A stretch of 64,000 bases of DNA from a virus (taxonomy: Duplodnaviria; Caudoviricetes), in the IMG/VR virus record IMGVR_UViG_3300016478_000063, positions 24,800-88,799 of that record; one strand, given 5' to 3'. Both the position numbers and the translations under genes were made by a program. Positions 1-9,249 of the stretch are shown here, piece after piece. The notes beneath the pieces were generated by a model that was not told the origin of the DNA, searched no databases, and saw nothing but the letters and a program-made list of their open reading frames with translations. Position 1 is the stretch's first letter. Each line of letters starts with the position of its first letter.

Positions 1-9
1 GGATTGATT

Positions 10-258
10 ATGAATTGGGTATCTGTCAAAGAAAGGTTGCCGTTTAAAGCAAGTCCTGATGTAACATTTGAGTCTGTAGAAGTTTTGGTTACAGATGGAA
101 AACACGTGCAAGTCGCGGATTTTGCAAGAGGTGGAGGTCACATTGGAAATCCTTGGGCATCGTGGAGCCAATACTCAAGCATTCCCGCACAGTGGATTAC
201 TCACTGGATGCCTCTACCGGAACCACCAATTATGGAAAATGATCCAGGAAGGGCGTAA
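10..258 (+). CDS. DUF551-like phage protein
   Basis: N-terminal WVSVKERLP and C-terminal ITHWMPLPEPP motifs typical of DUF551. Confidence 0.7.
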   Translation: MNWVSVKERLPFKASPDVTFESVEVLVTDGKHVQVADFARGGGHIGNPWASWSQYSSIPAQWITHWMPLPEPPIMENDPGRA

Positions 259-330
259 CATTCATGCGTCTGTGTATTGTAAGAATGGTGCAGTATTTGA
301 TTATAACCCCGCTAAATTAATGGAGAAGAA

Positions 331-654
331 ATGAAAGAAATCTCTGTATATCTTGACGACTATGAATTTAACTGTACAATTACCTATTATTCAGCAGGCT
401 GCCCAGCTAAGACGTGGGCACTACCAGAACACTGCTGTCCAGAAGAACCAGAGGAAGTGGAGTTTGACGTAGACTCTGTATTTGTCTATAATGAGAATGG
501 TGATCTTGTAGAAGTTGTTGACAAAGGAGAGAAAGACTCTATTATCAGTGAGTATGTAGATAGAATTGAAGATAAGATTTTGGAAGAGATTCGTGAAGAG
601 GTGGAAGAGGATATTGATTATCCCGAGCCTCTAGATTATTATGATGGTTATTGA
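331..654 (+). CDS. hypothetical acidic protein
   Basis: 107 aa ORF, SD GGAG upstream, co-directional with the operon. Confidence 0.6.
   Translation: MKEISVYLDDYEFNCTITYYSAGCPAKTWALPEHCCPEEPEEVEFDVDSVFVYNENGDLVEVVDKGEKDSIISEYVDRIEDKILEEIREEVEEDIDYPEPLDYYDGY
614..642 (+). promoter_or_regulatory. sigma70-like promoter for the downstream HNH gene
   Basis: TTGATT-17 bp-TATTAT within the last codons of the upstream gene. Confidence 0.45.
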
Positions 655-666
655 CGAGAGGTGCGT

Positions 667-1254
667 ATGACCAGGCTTTATAAAAGAAAGCTAGTCTATA
701 GCGTTGGTATTAATGACGCCAATTATGATTTCTACATTAGAAACGGGAGTAAGATAGTTTGGTATTGTCCCTATTATGAAAAGTGGAGAGGGATGTTACG
801 CAGATGTTACTCAGAAAAATACATAACTAAGAATCCTTCATATAAAGGTTGCTCTGTTTGCGAAGAATGGTTAACTTTTTCAAACTTCAAAGCTTGGATG
901 GAGAATCAAGATTGGCAAGAGAAAGAACTAGATAAGGATATTCTTGGAAATGGAAAGCTATATTCGGTTGAAACTTGCTGTTTTGTATCTAAAAAGTTGA
1001 ACAGTTTTGTAGCATTTAATAGATTGAGCAACTGTGAATTGCCAGTTGGAGTATCTTTTCATAAAATATATAAGAAGTTTTCCTCGTCTGTGGATGGGAA
1101 ACTGATAGGCTTCTTTGAGACAAAGGAAGAAGCACATGACGCTTGGATTGCGACTAAGATAAATTTAGCAAAAGATTTGTTGCTACAAGAGAAAGTGAGT
1201 CTTAATATTTATGAAAAAGTTTTGTATAAAATAAGGAATGCTAATAATGTATAG
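667..1254 (+). CDS. free-standing HNH homing endonuclease (paralog family A)
   Basis: VGINDANY...CPYYEKWRGMLRRCY...VCEEWLTFSNFKAWM...ELDKDILGNGKLYSVETCCF; same family as five other ORFs in the window. Confidence 0.8.
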   Translation: MTRLYKRKLVYSVGINDANYDFYIRNGSKIVWYCPYYEKWRGMLRRCYSEKYITKNPSYKGCSVCEEWLTFSNFKAWMENQDWQEKELDKDILGNGKLYSVETCCFVSKKLNSFVAFNRLSNCELPVGVSFHKIYKKFSSSVDGKLIGFFETKEEAHDAWIATKINLAKDLLLQEKVSLNIYEKVLYKIRNANNV

Positions 1255-2989
1255 TGTTGGTAAAAACCCTTGTCCGAGGTGTAGAGAAGATGGCGGGGAC
1301 AAATCTGGGGATAATTTTTATTACTATGGTGAGGATAAAGGAGGTTATTGTTTTTCTTGCTCCTTTACTATCCCATCTAAAGAATATTCAGAGAATGAAA
1401 ATGATAATTTTAAATGGGAGGATATTGTGGGAAAACATTTTGATAAAGAAGTGAATGAGAAGATCAAAGAACAAACAGGAGTTGATAGCAAGGGTTATCG
1501 TGGGATTCGTACTGATGTGAGTAAACCGTTCGGTGTGCGTTATGAATATGATGATAACGGTGAAGTGAAAGCTACCTACTACCCTTGCACTCAAGATGGG
1601 CAACTGACAGGTTATAAAATTCGTCGTCATCCGAAAGATTTCACCAATCCTTATGGTGAGACTGGGAAAGATTGTGACTTGTTCATGCAATTTAAGTTTA
1701 TGAACACTCAGTCTGATACAGTTGTTATTTGCTCAGGAGAACATGACGCTTTGGCAACTTACCAAATGTTGAATGACTACATGACTTCAAAAGGTTACAA
1801 AGAAGTTCCTGTGGTTTCTTCCACTATTGGTGAAGGTGGTCTACATAAACAACTTCAGCTACAATATGAGTGGCTGAATAGATTCAACAAGATTATTTTT
1901 CTGCCAGATCAAGACAAGGCAGGAATGAAAGCCCTTGAAGAAGTTTCAAAAGTTGTACCGAAGCGTAAACTATTTGTTATGAGCATTTCTGAAAAAGATG
2001 CGAATGACGCTCTGCTTGCTGGAAAAGAACGTGAGGTCGTGAATGCTTACTACAAGGCTCGTGAGTATTCTCCTGTCGGTATCGTTGGTAGCTCTGAACT
2101 ACCTGATAAGATTATGGAAAGTGCTCTTGTAGAGAAGATTCCACTTCCACCGTTTATGCACAAAGCACAGAAACTCATGGCCGGTGGCATCCCTCTTGGA
2201 CGAATTGTAAATCTTGGCTCAATGAGCGGTGCCGGTAAGAGTACAATTATCGATGAATGTATTTACTACTGGATTTTTAATAGTCCATACAAAATTGGCG
2301 TTGTAAGTCTTGAGTCAGATAGCGGAGAATATGGTATCAAACTGCTGTCCCGCCATGTGGGATACAAGATTGATCTAATTGAAACCGTAGAACAGAAACG
2401 GGATTTTCTACTTCAAGAACATATTCAGAAAAAAGAATTTGAGCTTTTCTGTAACGAAGACGGTTCTGATCGCTTTAAACTTGTAGATGAGCGTGACGGT
2501 AGCGTTGAAGACTTGCAAGAACAAGTAAATCGTCTTGTAATTGAGTGTGAGTGTAAAATTATTATTCTTGATCCACTACAAGACGTTCTAGATGGTCTTT
2601 CGACTGAAGGTCAAGCTGTTTTTATGAAGTGGATGAAAGGTTTTACTAAGAGTCATAAAGTAACTTTTGTGAACATTAACCATGTTCGTAAGAACAGCGG
2701 TGGCACACAAGCTAACTCTACGGGTGCGGAACTTTATGAAGAGGACTTTTTAGGCTCATCCTCGATCTTCAAGAGTGCGGCTTGTAATATGTTGTTCATG
2801 CGTAATAAAGAAGCAGAAGACCACGTAGAGCGCAATACAACGCGAATGAAGATCACTAAGTGTCGCTGGTCTGGTCGTACCGCGCCTGATGCTGGTCGCT
2901 ACTATTACTGTAACGAAACTCACCGTCTGCATGATCTTGAGGATTGGCTTGATAAGAACCCAAGAAGTGTGGATAATATAGATTTTTAA
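1247..2989 (+). CDS. primase-helicase (Zn finger + TOPRIM + SF4 helicase)
   Basis: CPRC...CFSC zinc ribbon; TOPRIM SGEHDA and PDQDKAG; Walker A GSMSGAGKS; IILDPLQ; start taken at ATG 1247 (SD AAGGA). Confidence 0.9.
   Translation: MYSVGKNPCPRCREDGGDKSGDNFYYYGEDKGGYCFSCSFTIPSKEYSENENDNFKWEDIVGKHFDKEVNEKIKEQTGVDSKGYRGIRTDVSKPFGVRYEYDDNGEVKATYYPCTQDGQLTGYKIRRHPKDFTNPYGETGKDCDLFMQFKFMNTQSDTVVICSGEHDALATYQMLNDYMTSKGYKEVPVVSSTIGEGGLHKQLQLQYEWLNRFNKIIFLPDQDKAGMKALEEVSKVVPKRKLFVMSISEKDANDALLAGKEREVVNAYYKAREYSPVGIVGSSELPDKIMESALVEKIPLPPFMHKAQKLMAGGIPLGRIVNLGSMSGAGKSTIIDECIYYWIFNSPYKIGVVSLESDSGEYGIKLLSRHVGYKIDLIETVEQKRDFLLQEHIQKKEFELFCNEDGSDRFKLVDERDGSVEDLQEQVNRLVIECECKIIILDPLQDVLDGLSTEGQAVFMKWMKGFTKSHKVTFVNINHVRKNSGGTQANSTGAELYEEDFLGSSSIFKSAACNMLFMRNKEAEDHVERNTTRMKITKCRWSGRTAPDAGRYYYCNETHRLHDLEDWLDKNPRSVDNIDF
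2949..2977 (+). promoter_or_regulatory. sigma70-like promoter for the downstream HNH gene
   Basis: TTGATA-17 bp-GATAAT encoded in the last helicase codons. Confidence 0.4.
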
Positions 2990-2998
2990 GGAGATGCT

Positions 2999-3649
2999 AT
3001 GATTTACGGTGTTGCTGTAAACGATTTACCTGATCACAAAACGCAAATAGTTGAAAAACATATCAATTCATTCGGGAAGGTTACTAGAAAGGTGGTGTGG
3101 CAATGTCCATTTTATACTAAATGGTTTAACATGTTATCTAGATGCTATAAAAAGAGCGAGTTGACAAGACATCCTACTTATGAAAATAAAACTGTTTGTG
3201 AGGAATGGCTTAAATTCTCCAACTTCAAGAAATGGATGGAGCAACAAGATTGGGAAAATAAAGAGTTAGATAAAGATATTCTTTTCTCTGGAAACAGTAT
3301 TTATTCTCCAAGCACTTGTGTTTTTGTGAGTAAAGAAATAAATAAATTCATACTTGAGAAGACGAAAATTAGGGATTTTCCAATTGGTGTGTCTTTCCAT
3401 AAAAAGAAGAGCAAGTTCATCGCATCGATCAGCTTAGGCAGAAACGGTAAAATTCAGCATTTGGGGACTTTCGACAACCAATATGAAGCTCACCTGTATT
3501 GGGCTGAAAGAAAGCTGAGTCTTGTGATTGAATTAGTAAAATCTGAAGACGAGAGGGTTGCAAATGCTCTTGTAGATAGATATACTTCGATGTATTATAA
3601 TGCTAAACGTAGATATGAGGAGTTTATCAATGGGGAAAAATTGGTCTGA
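2999..3649 (+). CDS. free-standing HNH homing endonuclease (family A)
   Basis: YGVAVND...CPFYTKWFNMLSRCY...ELDKDILFSGNSIYSPSTCVF, plus AP2-like C-terminus. Confidence 0.8.
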   Translation: MIYGVAVNDLPDHKTQIVEKHINSFGKVTRKVVWQCPFYTKWFNMLSRCYKKSELTRHPTYENKTVCEEWLKFSNFKKWMEQQDWENKELDKDILFSGNSIYSPSTCVFVSKEINKFILEKTKIRDFPIGVSFHKKKSKFIASISLGRNGKIQHLGTFDNQYEAHLYWAERKLSLVIELVKSEDERVANALVDRYTSMYYNAKRRYEEFINGEKLV

Positions 3650-5834
3650 CGGAGATTGGATTTGGGATGAAGAGGTGTATCCAAACGTCTATACTTGTGC
3701 AGTAGTTCATTCAAGTGGTCAGAACTTCCAAGTTTTTGAAATAAGTGACAGAAAGAATGATGTGCAAGAGCTTCTTGAATTTATGCGAGACATTAAGCGA
3801 AAAAATCATAGGCTTGTAGGTTTCAACTCGGTAAACTTTGACTATCCTGTACTTCATTATATTTTGAATAAATCAAAAGAATCGAAAAAGTCAAAAATCC
3901 ATTTAAAAATTTCAGCAAAGGAAATCTATGATGTTGGTATGAATCTTATTAAATCTCAGGATGACGAAGAGTCTAAGTCTAGGGCAATTAAGGAGTCAGA
4001 GGTTATAATTCCGCAACTTGATCTTTTTCTTGTACATCATTTTAACAATCGTGCAAGAGCAACATCTTTGAAGATGCTTGAGTTCAACATGAGGTCTGAT
4101 CAAATTGAAGACCTACCTTTCCCTGTTGGGAAACACCTGACCTCTGATGAAATTGATGTTTTGATTAAATACAACAAACATGATGTTCTGGAAACTTTAA
4201 AATTTTACAATGAATCAAGAGAAGCTATTGAGCTGCGTAACGAGCTTACTAAGCAGTTCGGTTTCGATTGCACAAACTATAATGATACCAAGATTGGCAA
4301 GCAACTTTTCATTGATCGTTTGGAGAAGGAGAACCCAGGATGCTGCTACAGTTACGGTAAATTTGGACGTAAAATCAATCAGACAAAGCGCGATAAAATC
4401 GTAATCAAGGACTGTTTGTTTGACTACATTGATTTCTCTAAGAATCGTCCAGAATTTCAAGCTGTACACCAATGGTTCAAACGTCAAATCATCACTGAAA
4501 CAAAAGGTGTGTTTACTGATCTTCTTGAACACAATCTTGGTGATGTTGCAAAATATGCTGAGATGAAAGTTAAGAAGATCAAGTTCAAAGCTGAACCGAG
4601 CCAACAGGAAATTGATGAAGTAAAGAAAGAGTTTCCTATGGGTTGGGTTGAGGTTACAGAACTAAAAGCAATGGAGGTTGTCAAAGACTCAGAAGGTAAA
4701 CCGATCAAAGAAGCCTATATTGACGAAAACGGTAAACAGAAACAGCGCAATGTGAAAGTTCCAAAGAAATCCTATCATTGGTGCTACAATATCGCTGAAA
4801 CTCTAAACGTAGTTATCAACGGTTTTCGATATGATTTTGGTGTTGGTGGTATTCATGGTGCTAAACAAGGGACTCACAAGTCTACAGAGAAACGTAAGCT
4901 ACGAACATTGGATGTTGCCAGCTACTATCCGAACATGGCAATCAGCAACAATGTTTATCCGAAGCACCTTGGGATGACATTTTGCAAAGTGTACAAGGAT
5001 TTGTACGTTGAACGTAAGAAACACGATAAAAAGTCAGCAGCAAACAAGGCTCTGAAGCTAGCTCTCAATGGGGTGTATGGCGATAGCAATAACGAGTTTA
5101 GTCCACTGTATGATCCAGCATATACCATGAGCATTACGATTGGTGGGCAGCTTTCACTTTGTATGCTGATGGGTGCTCTTGTGGATCACTGTGATGCTGA
5201 AATCATTATGTGTAACACTGATGGCTTTGAATATTTTGTTGATGTTGACAAGATTGAAAAAGCTGATAAGATTGTCAAACGATGGGAACAAGTGACTGGT
5301 CTTGAGATGGAAGGAGACACTTACTCTGTTATGTATGTTAGGGACGTAAATAATTACACTAGCATTACAGAATCAGGGAAGGTAAAGACCAAAGGTGCTT
5401 ATGAAGTGCTGCCTTACCGTGAGCTTGGATGGCATAAGAACCACTCAGCAATGGTTATTGCAATGGCTGTGCAAAAGGAGTTGCTTGGTGAATGTTCGGC
5501 AGAAGAGTTCATTCGTTCCCACAAAGATGCCTATGATTTTGTACTCAGAACAAAAGTACCTCGATCATCCAAGCTTTATCTGTGTTACGATGATGGACGT
5601 GAGGAACAGCAACAGAACATCTGTCGCTATTATCCAGCTTCAGAAGGTGGTAAGCTTGTTAAGCTAATGCCTCCACTTGAGGGTAGTGATGAATGGCGTA
5701 GACTTGGAATTGATACGGAGTGGGATGTTCTCACATGCAACAATATGAAGGATTTCAACTGGTCAAAGCTAAACTACGACTATTACATCACAGAAGCTCA
5801 GAAACTGATTGAAGGGGTGAAGAATGTATCATGA
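3630..5834 (+). CDS. DNA polymerase, family B, with 3'-5' exonuclease domain
   Basis: ExoI WDEEVY; motif A LDVASYYPN; motif B KLALNGVYG; motif C CNTDG; start ATG 3630 after GAGGAG. Confidence 0.88.
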   Translation: MGKNWSDGDWIWDEEVYPNVYTCAVVHSSGQNFQVFEISDRKNDVQELLEFMRDIKRKNHRLVGFNSVNFDYPVLHYILNKSKESKKSKIHLKISAKEIYDVGMNLIKSQDDEESKSRAIKESEVIIPQLDLFLVHHFNNRARATSLKMLEFNMRSDQIEDLPFPVGKHLTSDEIDVLIKYNKHDVLETLKFYNESREAIELRNELTKQFGFDCTNYNDTKIGKQLFIDRLEKENPGCCYSYGKFGRKINQTKRDKIVIKDCLFDYIDFSKNRPEFQAVHQWFKRQIITETKGVFTDLLEHNLGDVAKYAEMKVKKIKFKAEPSQQEIDEVKKEFPMGWVEVTELKAMEVVKDSEGKPIKEAYIDENGKQKQRNVKVPKKSYHWCYNIAETLNVVINGFRYDFGVGGIHGAKQGTHKSTEKRKLRTLDVASYYPNMAISNNVYPKHLGMTFCKVYKDLYVERKKHDKKSAANKALKLALNGVYGDSNNEFSPLYDPAYTMSITIGGQLSLCMLMGALVDHCDAEIIMCNTDGFEYFVDVDKIEKADKIVKRWEQVTGLEMEGDTYSVMYVRDVNNYTSITESGKVKTKGAYEVLPYRELGWHKNHSAMVIAMAVQKELLGECSAEEFIRSHKDAYDFVLRTKVPRSSKLYLCYDDGREEQQQNICRYYPASEGGKLVKLMPPLEGSDEWRRLGIDTEWDVLTCNNMKDFNWSKLNYDYYITEAQKLIEGVKNVS

Positions 5835-5852
5835 AAATATTTCAGAAAACAT

Positions 5853-5881
5853 TTGACAACCCCTGAAAATCGTGATTTAAT
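5853..5881 (+). promoter_or_regulatory. sigma70-like promoter
   Basis: TTGACA-17 bp-TTTAAT in the intergenic gap after the polymerase. Confidence 0.7.
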
Positions 5882-5929
5882 AGATGCCAAGCTTGATAGA
5901 CAAGCTTTAAATAAACAGAAGAGAGGAGA

Positions 5930-6142
5930 ATGATAATGAATATTGAAAATCTATCGGACATTGATGTTCTTGAGCTGTATAAGAAGAAGGCTTCTAGCCT
6001 ATCTTTTTACAATGCAGCAGAAGGGCAATCTTGGTACGAAGAACGACCTGCTCGTGAGCAATGTAAGAAGGAATTTACAGAGGTTGCGGCAGAGATTGAT
6101 AAGCGTGGTTTGGAAACCCCATCTGGTGATTATCTTATTTAA
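5930..6142 (+). CDS. hypothetical protein
   Basis: SD GAGGAG; 70 aa. Confidence 0.55.
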   Translation: MIMNIENLSDIDVLELYKKKASSLSFYNAAEGQSWYEERPAREQCKKEFTEVAAEIDKRGLETPSGDYLI

Positions 6143-6152
6143 GGAGAAATAA

Positions 6153-6506
6153 ATGGGAAGCGTAACTGCAACAGTAAGCAACGCTGTTAACGAGATATTC
6201 CAAACACAAAGTCTTCATTTTGAGTCTTATGAAGATTTTGTTAAATATGAAAATGCGGCAACTTCACCTGCACAGTCAGAGAACAACGTCCACCTGACAG
6301 ACCAACAAATCTACAAGCTTCGTATCCTACTTGGTCATGTTCTTGGCGATAAAGATTGTGATAATCTTAACGAACAGCTTGACTATCTCTATGACAATGA
6401 GCTAGAATGTGAGGACTACGACAAGATGTTCTTTACTTTTATCGTAAATGATCTTCCTGTGGTCTTGGAAGATGGTGACAAAGAAGCTACAATTCAATTT
6501 AAATAG
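6153..6506 (+). CDS. hypothetical protein
   Basis: SD AAGGAG; 117 aa. Confidence 0.6.
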   Translation: MGSVTATVSNAVNEIFQTQSLHFESYEDFVKYENAATSPAQSENNVHLTDQQIYKLRILLGHVLGDKDCDNLNEQLDYLYDNELECEDYDKMFFTFIVNDLPVVLEDGDKEATIQFK

Positions 6507-6516
6507 GAGAAATAAA

Positions 6517-6684
6517 ATGAGTAACAAATTTGTATATGTTCTACAACAAAAATCTACTGGCATTCCTGTACAAGATGTATTCCTATCTCGACAAGAAGCC
6601 CGTAGCGCAAAGAATGTCTATGAGCAACGTGATGGAACTAAATACTCTATCATGCGTTATGAACAAAATGGTGTGATTCGTTAA
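6517..6684 (+). CDS. hypothetical protein
   Basis: SD AGGAG with ATG at 6517. Confidence 0.55.
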   Translation: MSNKFVYVLQQKSTGIPVQDVFLSRQEARSAKNVYEQRDGTKYSIMRYEQNGVIR

Positions 6685-6696
6685 GGAGAAATAAAT

Positions 6697-6915
6697 ATGA
6701 ACGCTAAACAAAGTAAACGTCTACGCCGACAGGCTCTCATCCAAGCTGTAGAACAAGGTCTTCCATATGTTCAATATGGTTTCAAGCAATATCGCAAAGC
6801 TTTTACAAAACTAACAGGTGAGGTTGTTCCATATTCTGTATATACTGCTTATCTGGAAGATTCACAACGCAAGCTGTATAAGCGGCTTAAGAAAGAATTT
6901 AAGCAGAACGCTTAA
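6697..6915 (+). CDS. hypothetical basic protein
   Basis: SD AAGGAG; 72 aa. Confidence 0.55.
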   Translation: MNAKQSKRLRRQALIQAVEQGLPYVQYGFKQYRKAFTKLTGEVVPYSVYTAYLEDSQRKLYKRLKKEFKQNA

Positions 6916-6991
6916 ATAATGCCATTAAGGCATAAATTGCAACAAATGGCATATTGCCAAGTGCATTCAAATAACTAAGAGGAAATAAAAT

Positions 6992-7642
6992 ATGACTACC
7001 CTAAACGCTGTGTTCGGCTACACCAAAATTCAACAAGCTGACTTCAAATATGGCAGCACCACTGATAAAGAGTGGAGTGTTGATTGTATTGTTGATAAAG
7101 CTACTGCTAAGGCTTGGAATAAGCAGTTCCCTAAGCAGAAAGCCAAGGAGATTGATAATGATGATTTTGAAAAGATTTTCAAGGTTGCTCCTCCTTATCC
7201 AGAGCAAGATGAACAATATGTGGTGAAGCTGAAGAAGCCAGCTCAATATAAGAAAGATGGTGAGACTCATCCTGTACCAGATCAATACCGTCCACGAGTG
7301 TTTGAGAAAGGTGCTGACGGTAAGCTTGTAGATATTACCAAGGATAAGCTGGTTGCTAATGGTTCCAAAGGTGTTGCTAGTTACGAGGTTAATAGTAATG
7401 ACTACGGTACTTTTGCTCGCCTGAAAGCTATTCGTGTAGATGAACTCATTGAGTACAAGCAAGCGTCTAAGGGTAATAACTTTGACGAGCTTGGTGAGGT
7501 ATCTAGCCTTGCAGATGATTTCTCTGATCTCCCTGAACGGGAGATGAGTGAAGTTCAGAAAGAGCAACGTAAACCAGAGAAACCGAAAGCAAAACCTGCG
7601 CCAGAGCCTGAGTTTGATGACTCTGAAGAATTACCGTTCTGA
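6992..7642 (+). CDS. ssb: single-stranded DNA-binding protein (putative)
   Basis: Position in the replication module, OB-fold-like pattern, and acidic tail ending FDDSEELPF. Confidence 0.7.
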   Translation: MTTLNAVFGYTKIQQADFKYGSTTDKEWSVDCIVDKATAKAWNKQFPKQKAKEIDNDDFEKIFKVAPPYPEQDEQYVVKLKKPAQYKKDGETHPVPDQYRPRVFEKGADGKLVDITKDKLVANGSKGVASYEVNSNDYGTFARLKAIRVDELIEYKQASKGNNFDELGEVSSLADDFSDLPEREMSEVQKEQRKPEKPKAKPAPEPEFDDSEELPF

Positions 7643-7661
7643 TGTAGTTTAAGCAATATAC

Positions 7662-7700
7662 TGCCGGTTGTTGAGAATATTTCCCGATAACCGGCATTTT
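7662..7700 (+). terminator. intrinsic terminator
   Basis: TGCCGGTT/AACCGGCA stem followed by TTTT. Confidence 0.55.
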
Positions 7701-7730
7701 AATTCCTATTCATAAGCAAGGAGATAAATA

Positions 7731-7979
7731 ATGAAAGAACGTAGCGACCTATACAAACGAGCATATCAACTATCCCAAGAGATTATTATGCTCCAAGAAG
7801 ACCTAAAAGAGCTTGCTGGTGAGTTTACTTACCACAAGGAGTACAACACTGAGGGCTTTGAGAAAAGCGAAGTGAAGAAGCTAATTAAGGCCGCTCAGGC
7901 GATGGCTAAACAAGATGATCTAAAATCTAAGGCTGAAGAGCTAGAAGAGCTTCAAGAAATTCAAGAGACTTACTCGTAA
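7731..7979 (+). CDS. small helical DNA-binding protein (T4 DsbA/GapR-like, putative)
   Basis: 82 aa coiled-coil pattern LQEDLKEL...G...VKKLIKAA. Confidence 0.4.
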   Translation: MKERSDLYKRAYQLSQEIIMLQEDLKELAGEFTYHKEYNTEGFEKSEVKKLIKAAQAMAKQDDLKSKAEELEELQEIQETYS

Positions 7980-7988
7980 GGAGATATA

Positions 7989-8249
7989 ATGAAAACTCTA
8001 TATGTTCTTGTTACAGATTGTGGGGATGGTTCTAGCAGCGCAAACTACACGTTTGATGGTGAGCTAATCAAGAAACTTGAAGATTTGGCAGAAAAAGATT
8101 TACTGGACTATGATTCTGGTTTGATTGACGGTGATGGGTTTCACTATGACGAGCTTTATGTTCCTGATGAATGCACTTATGAAAGTCTTGGTATCAGCTA
8201 TCCGTTTGAGATTGACTTGGAAGATATAGTTCAGGACGAAGAAGAGTAA
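7989..8249 (+). CDS. hypothetical protein
   Basis: SD AAGGAG; 86 aa. Confidence 0.55.
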   Translation: MKTLYVLVTDCGDGSSSANYTFDGELIKKLEDLAEKDLLDYDSGLIDGDGFHYDELYVPDECTYESLGISYPFEIDLEDIVQDEEE

Positions 8250-8307
8250 TCAACAAACAAGCCCTGCCGTAACAAGTGGGGCTTACTTACTTATTTATGA
8301 GGATGTT

Positions 8308-8508
8308 ATGACTAAGAAATTAGTATGGATTGTTGAGGATATTGAAACTGGTCAAGTGCGTTCTAATTGGTCAACAGGGACACGAATCTATTCACGAAAG
8401 AAGAATGCAGAAGCTGCTTTGAAGAAAGCTTGGTGGCGTACTGATATTCCTTCACCATATCGTATTGTAGAATATGAGCTTGTTCCTACGGAAAAGGAGA
8501 AGGAATGA
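8308..8508 (+). CDS. hypothetical protein
   Basis: SD GAGGA; 66 aa. Confidence 0.55.
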   Translation: MTKKLVWIVEDIETGQVRSNWSTGTRIYSRKKNAEAALKKAWWRTDIPSPYRIVEYELVPTEKEKE

Positions 8509-8561
8509 CTAAGCAATACACAGCACTGATTGATATTAGGTTTAGGGGTACATATGGGTAG
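8505..8561 (+). pseudogene. orphaned 5' end of the exonuclease gene (MTKQYTALID...)
   Basis: SD AAGGAG and ATGA overlap; 18-codon ORF whose first 10 residues resemble the first beta strand and catalytic Asp of 5'-3' exonucleases (compare MKKLLVVD at 9246). Confidence 0.5.
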
Positions 8562-9249
8562 GAAACTAGATTTAGCAGGTAAAAAATTTGGTAGACTTCT
8601 AGTTATTTCAGAAGCGCCTAAGCACATAATGCCTTCAGGCTACAAAGCTAGGAAGTGGAATTGTATTTGTGACTGTGGTGCAGAAAGAGAAGTTTTTCAG
8701 AATTCACTAACGACAGGTGTCACTCAGTCTTGTGGCTGTTTCCGTATTGAGCAACTTCCAAGCAATCGTGATTCTGCAAAAGGTTTGAGAACAGGTTGTG
8801 ACCGAAGCGACCCTCGGTATAATGTTTGGAGCATGATGATTCAGAGGTGTTATGAAAAGAATCATGACTCATATGAAATATATGGAGGTGTTGGTAAACT
8901 GGTCTGCGAACGCTGGTTGGAGAAGTATGCTGTTGGTTTTAAGAATTTTTGTGAAGATATGGGTGAACGTCCAGAAGGGTTCAAATTGGATCGTATAAAC
9001 AATGATCTTGGATATTCCCCTGAAAACTGTCGCTGGGTCGCAGACAAAACTTCTGTAATAAACAGGGGATTGAGTCGCAATAACACGTCTGGAGTTAAAG
9101 GTGTGACATGGCACGAGCATTGCGGTCGTTGGTGTGCTCAGATTGGTGTTGACTATTCAAACGTAGTTTTAGGATACTACGAAGATTGGTTTGAAGCCGT
9201 GTGTGCCAGAAAATCTGGAGAATTGGTTTATTTCAAGGGGTTGCTATGA
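8554..9249 (+). CDS. HNH homing endonuclease with AP2 domain
   Basis: DLAGKKFGRL...CICDCG...TQSCGC...KLDRINNDLGYSPENCRW...NNTSGVKGVTW. Confidence 0.85.
   Translation: MGRKLDLAGKKFGRLLVISEAPKHIMPSGYKARKWNCICDCGAEREVFQNSLTTGVTQSCGCFRIEQLPSNRDSAKGLRTGCDRSDPRYNVWSMMIQRCYEKNHDSYEIYGGVGKLVCERWLEKYAVGFKNFCEDMGERPEGFKLDRINNDLGYSPENCRWVADKTSVINRGLSRNNTSGVKGVTWHEHCGRWCAQIGVDYSNVVLGYYEDWFEAVCARKSGELVYFKGLL

Noticed and set aside
3580-3640. Old helicase C-terminus embedded in the HNH tail (YYNAKRRYEEFIN)
   Set aside because: Similarity to YYCNETHRLHDLEDWL is too weak to support without homologs.
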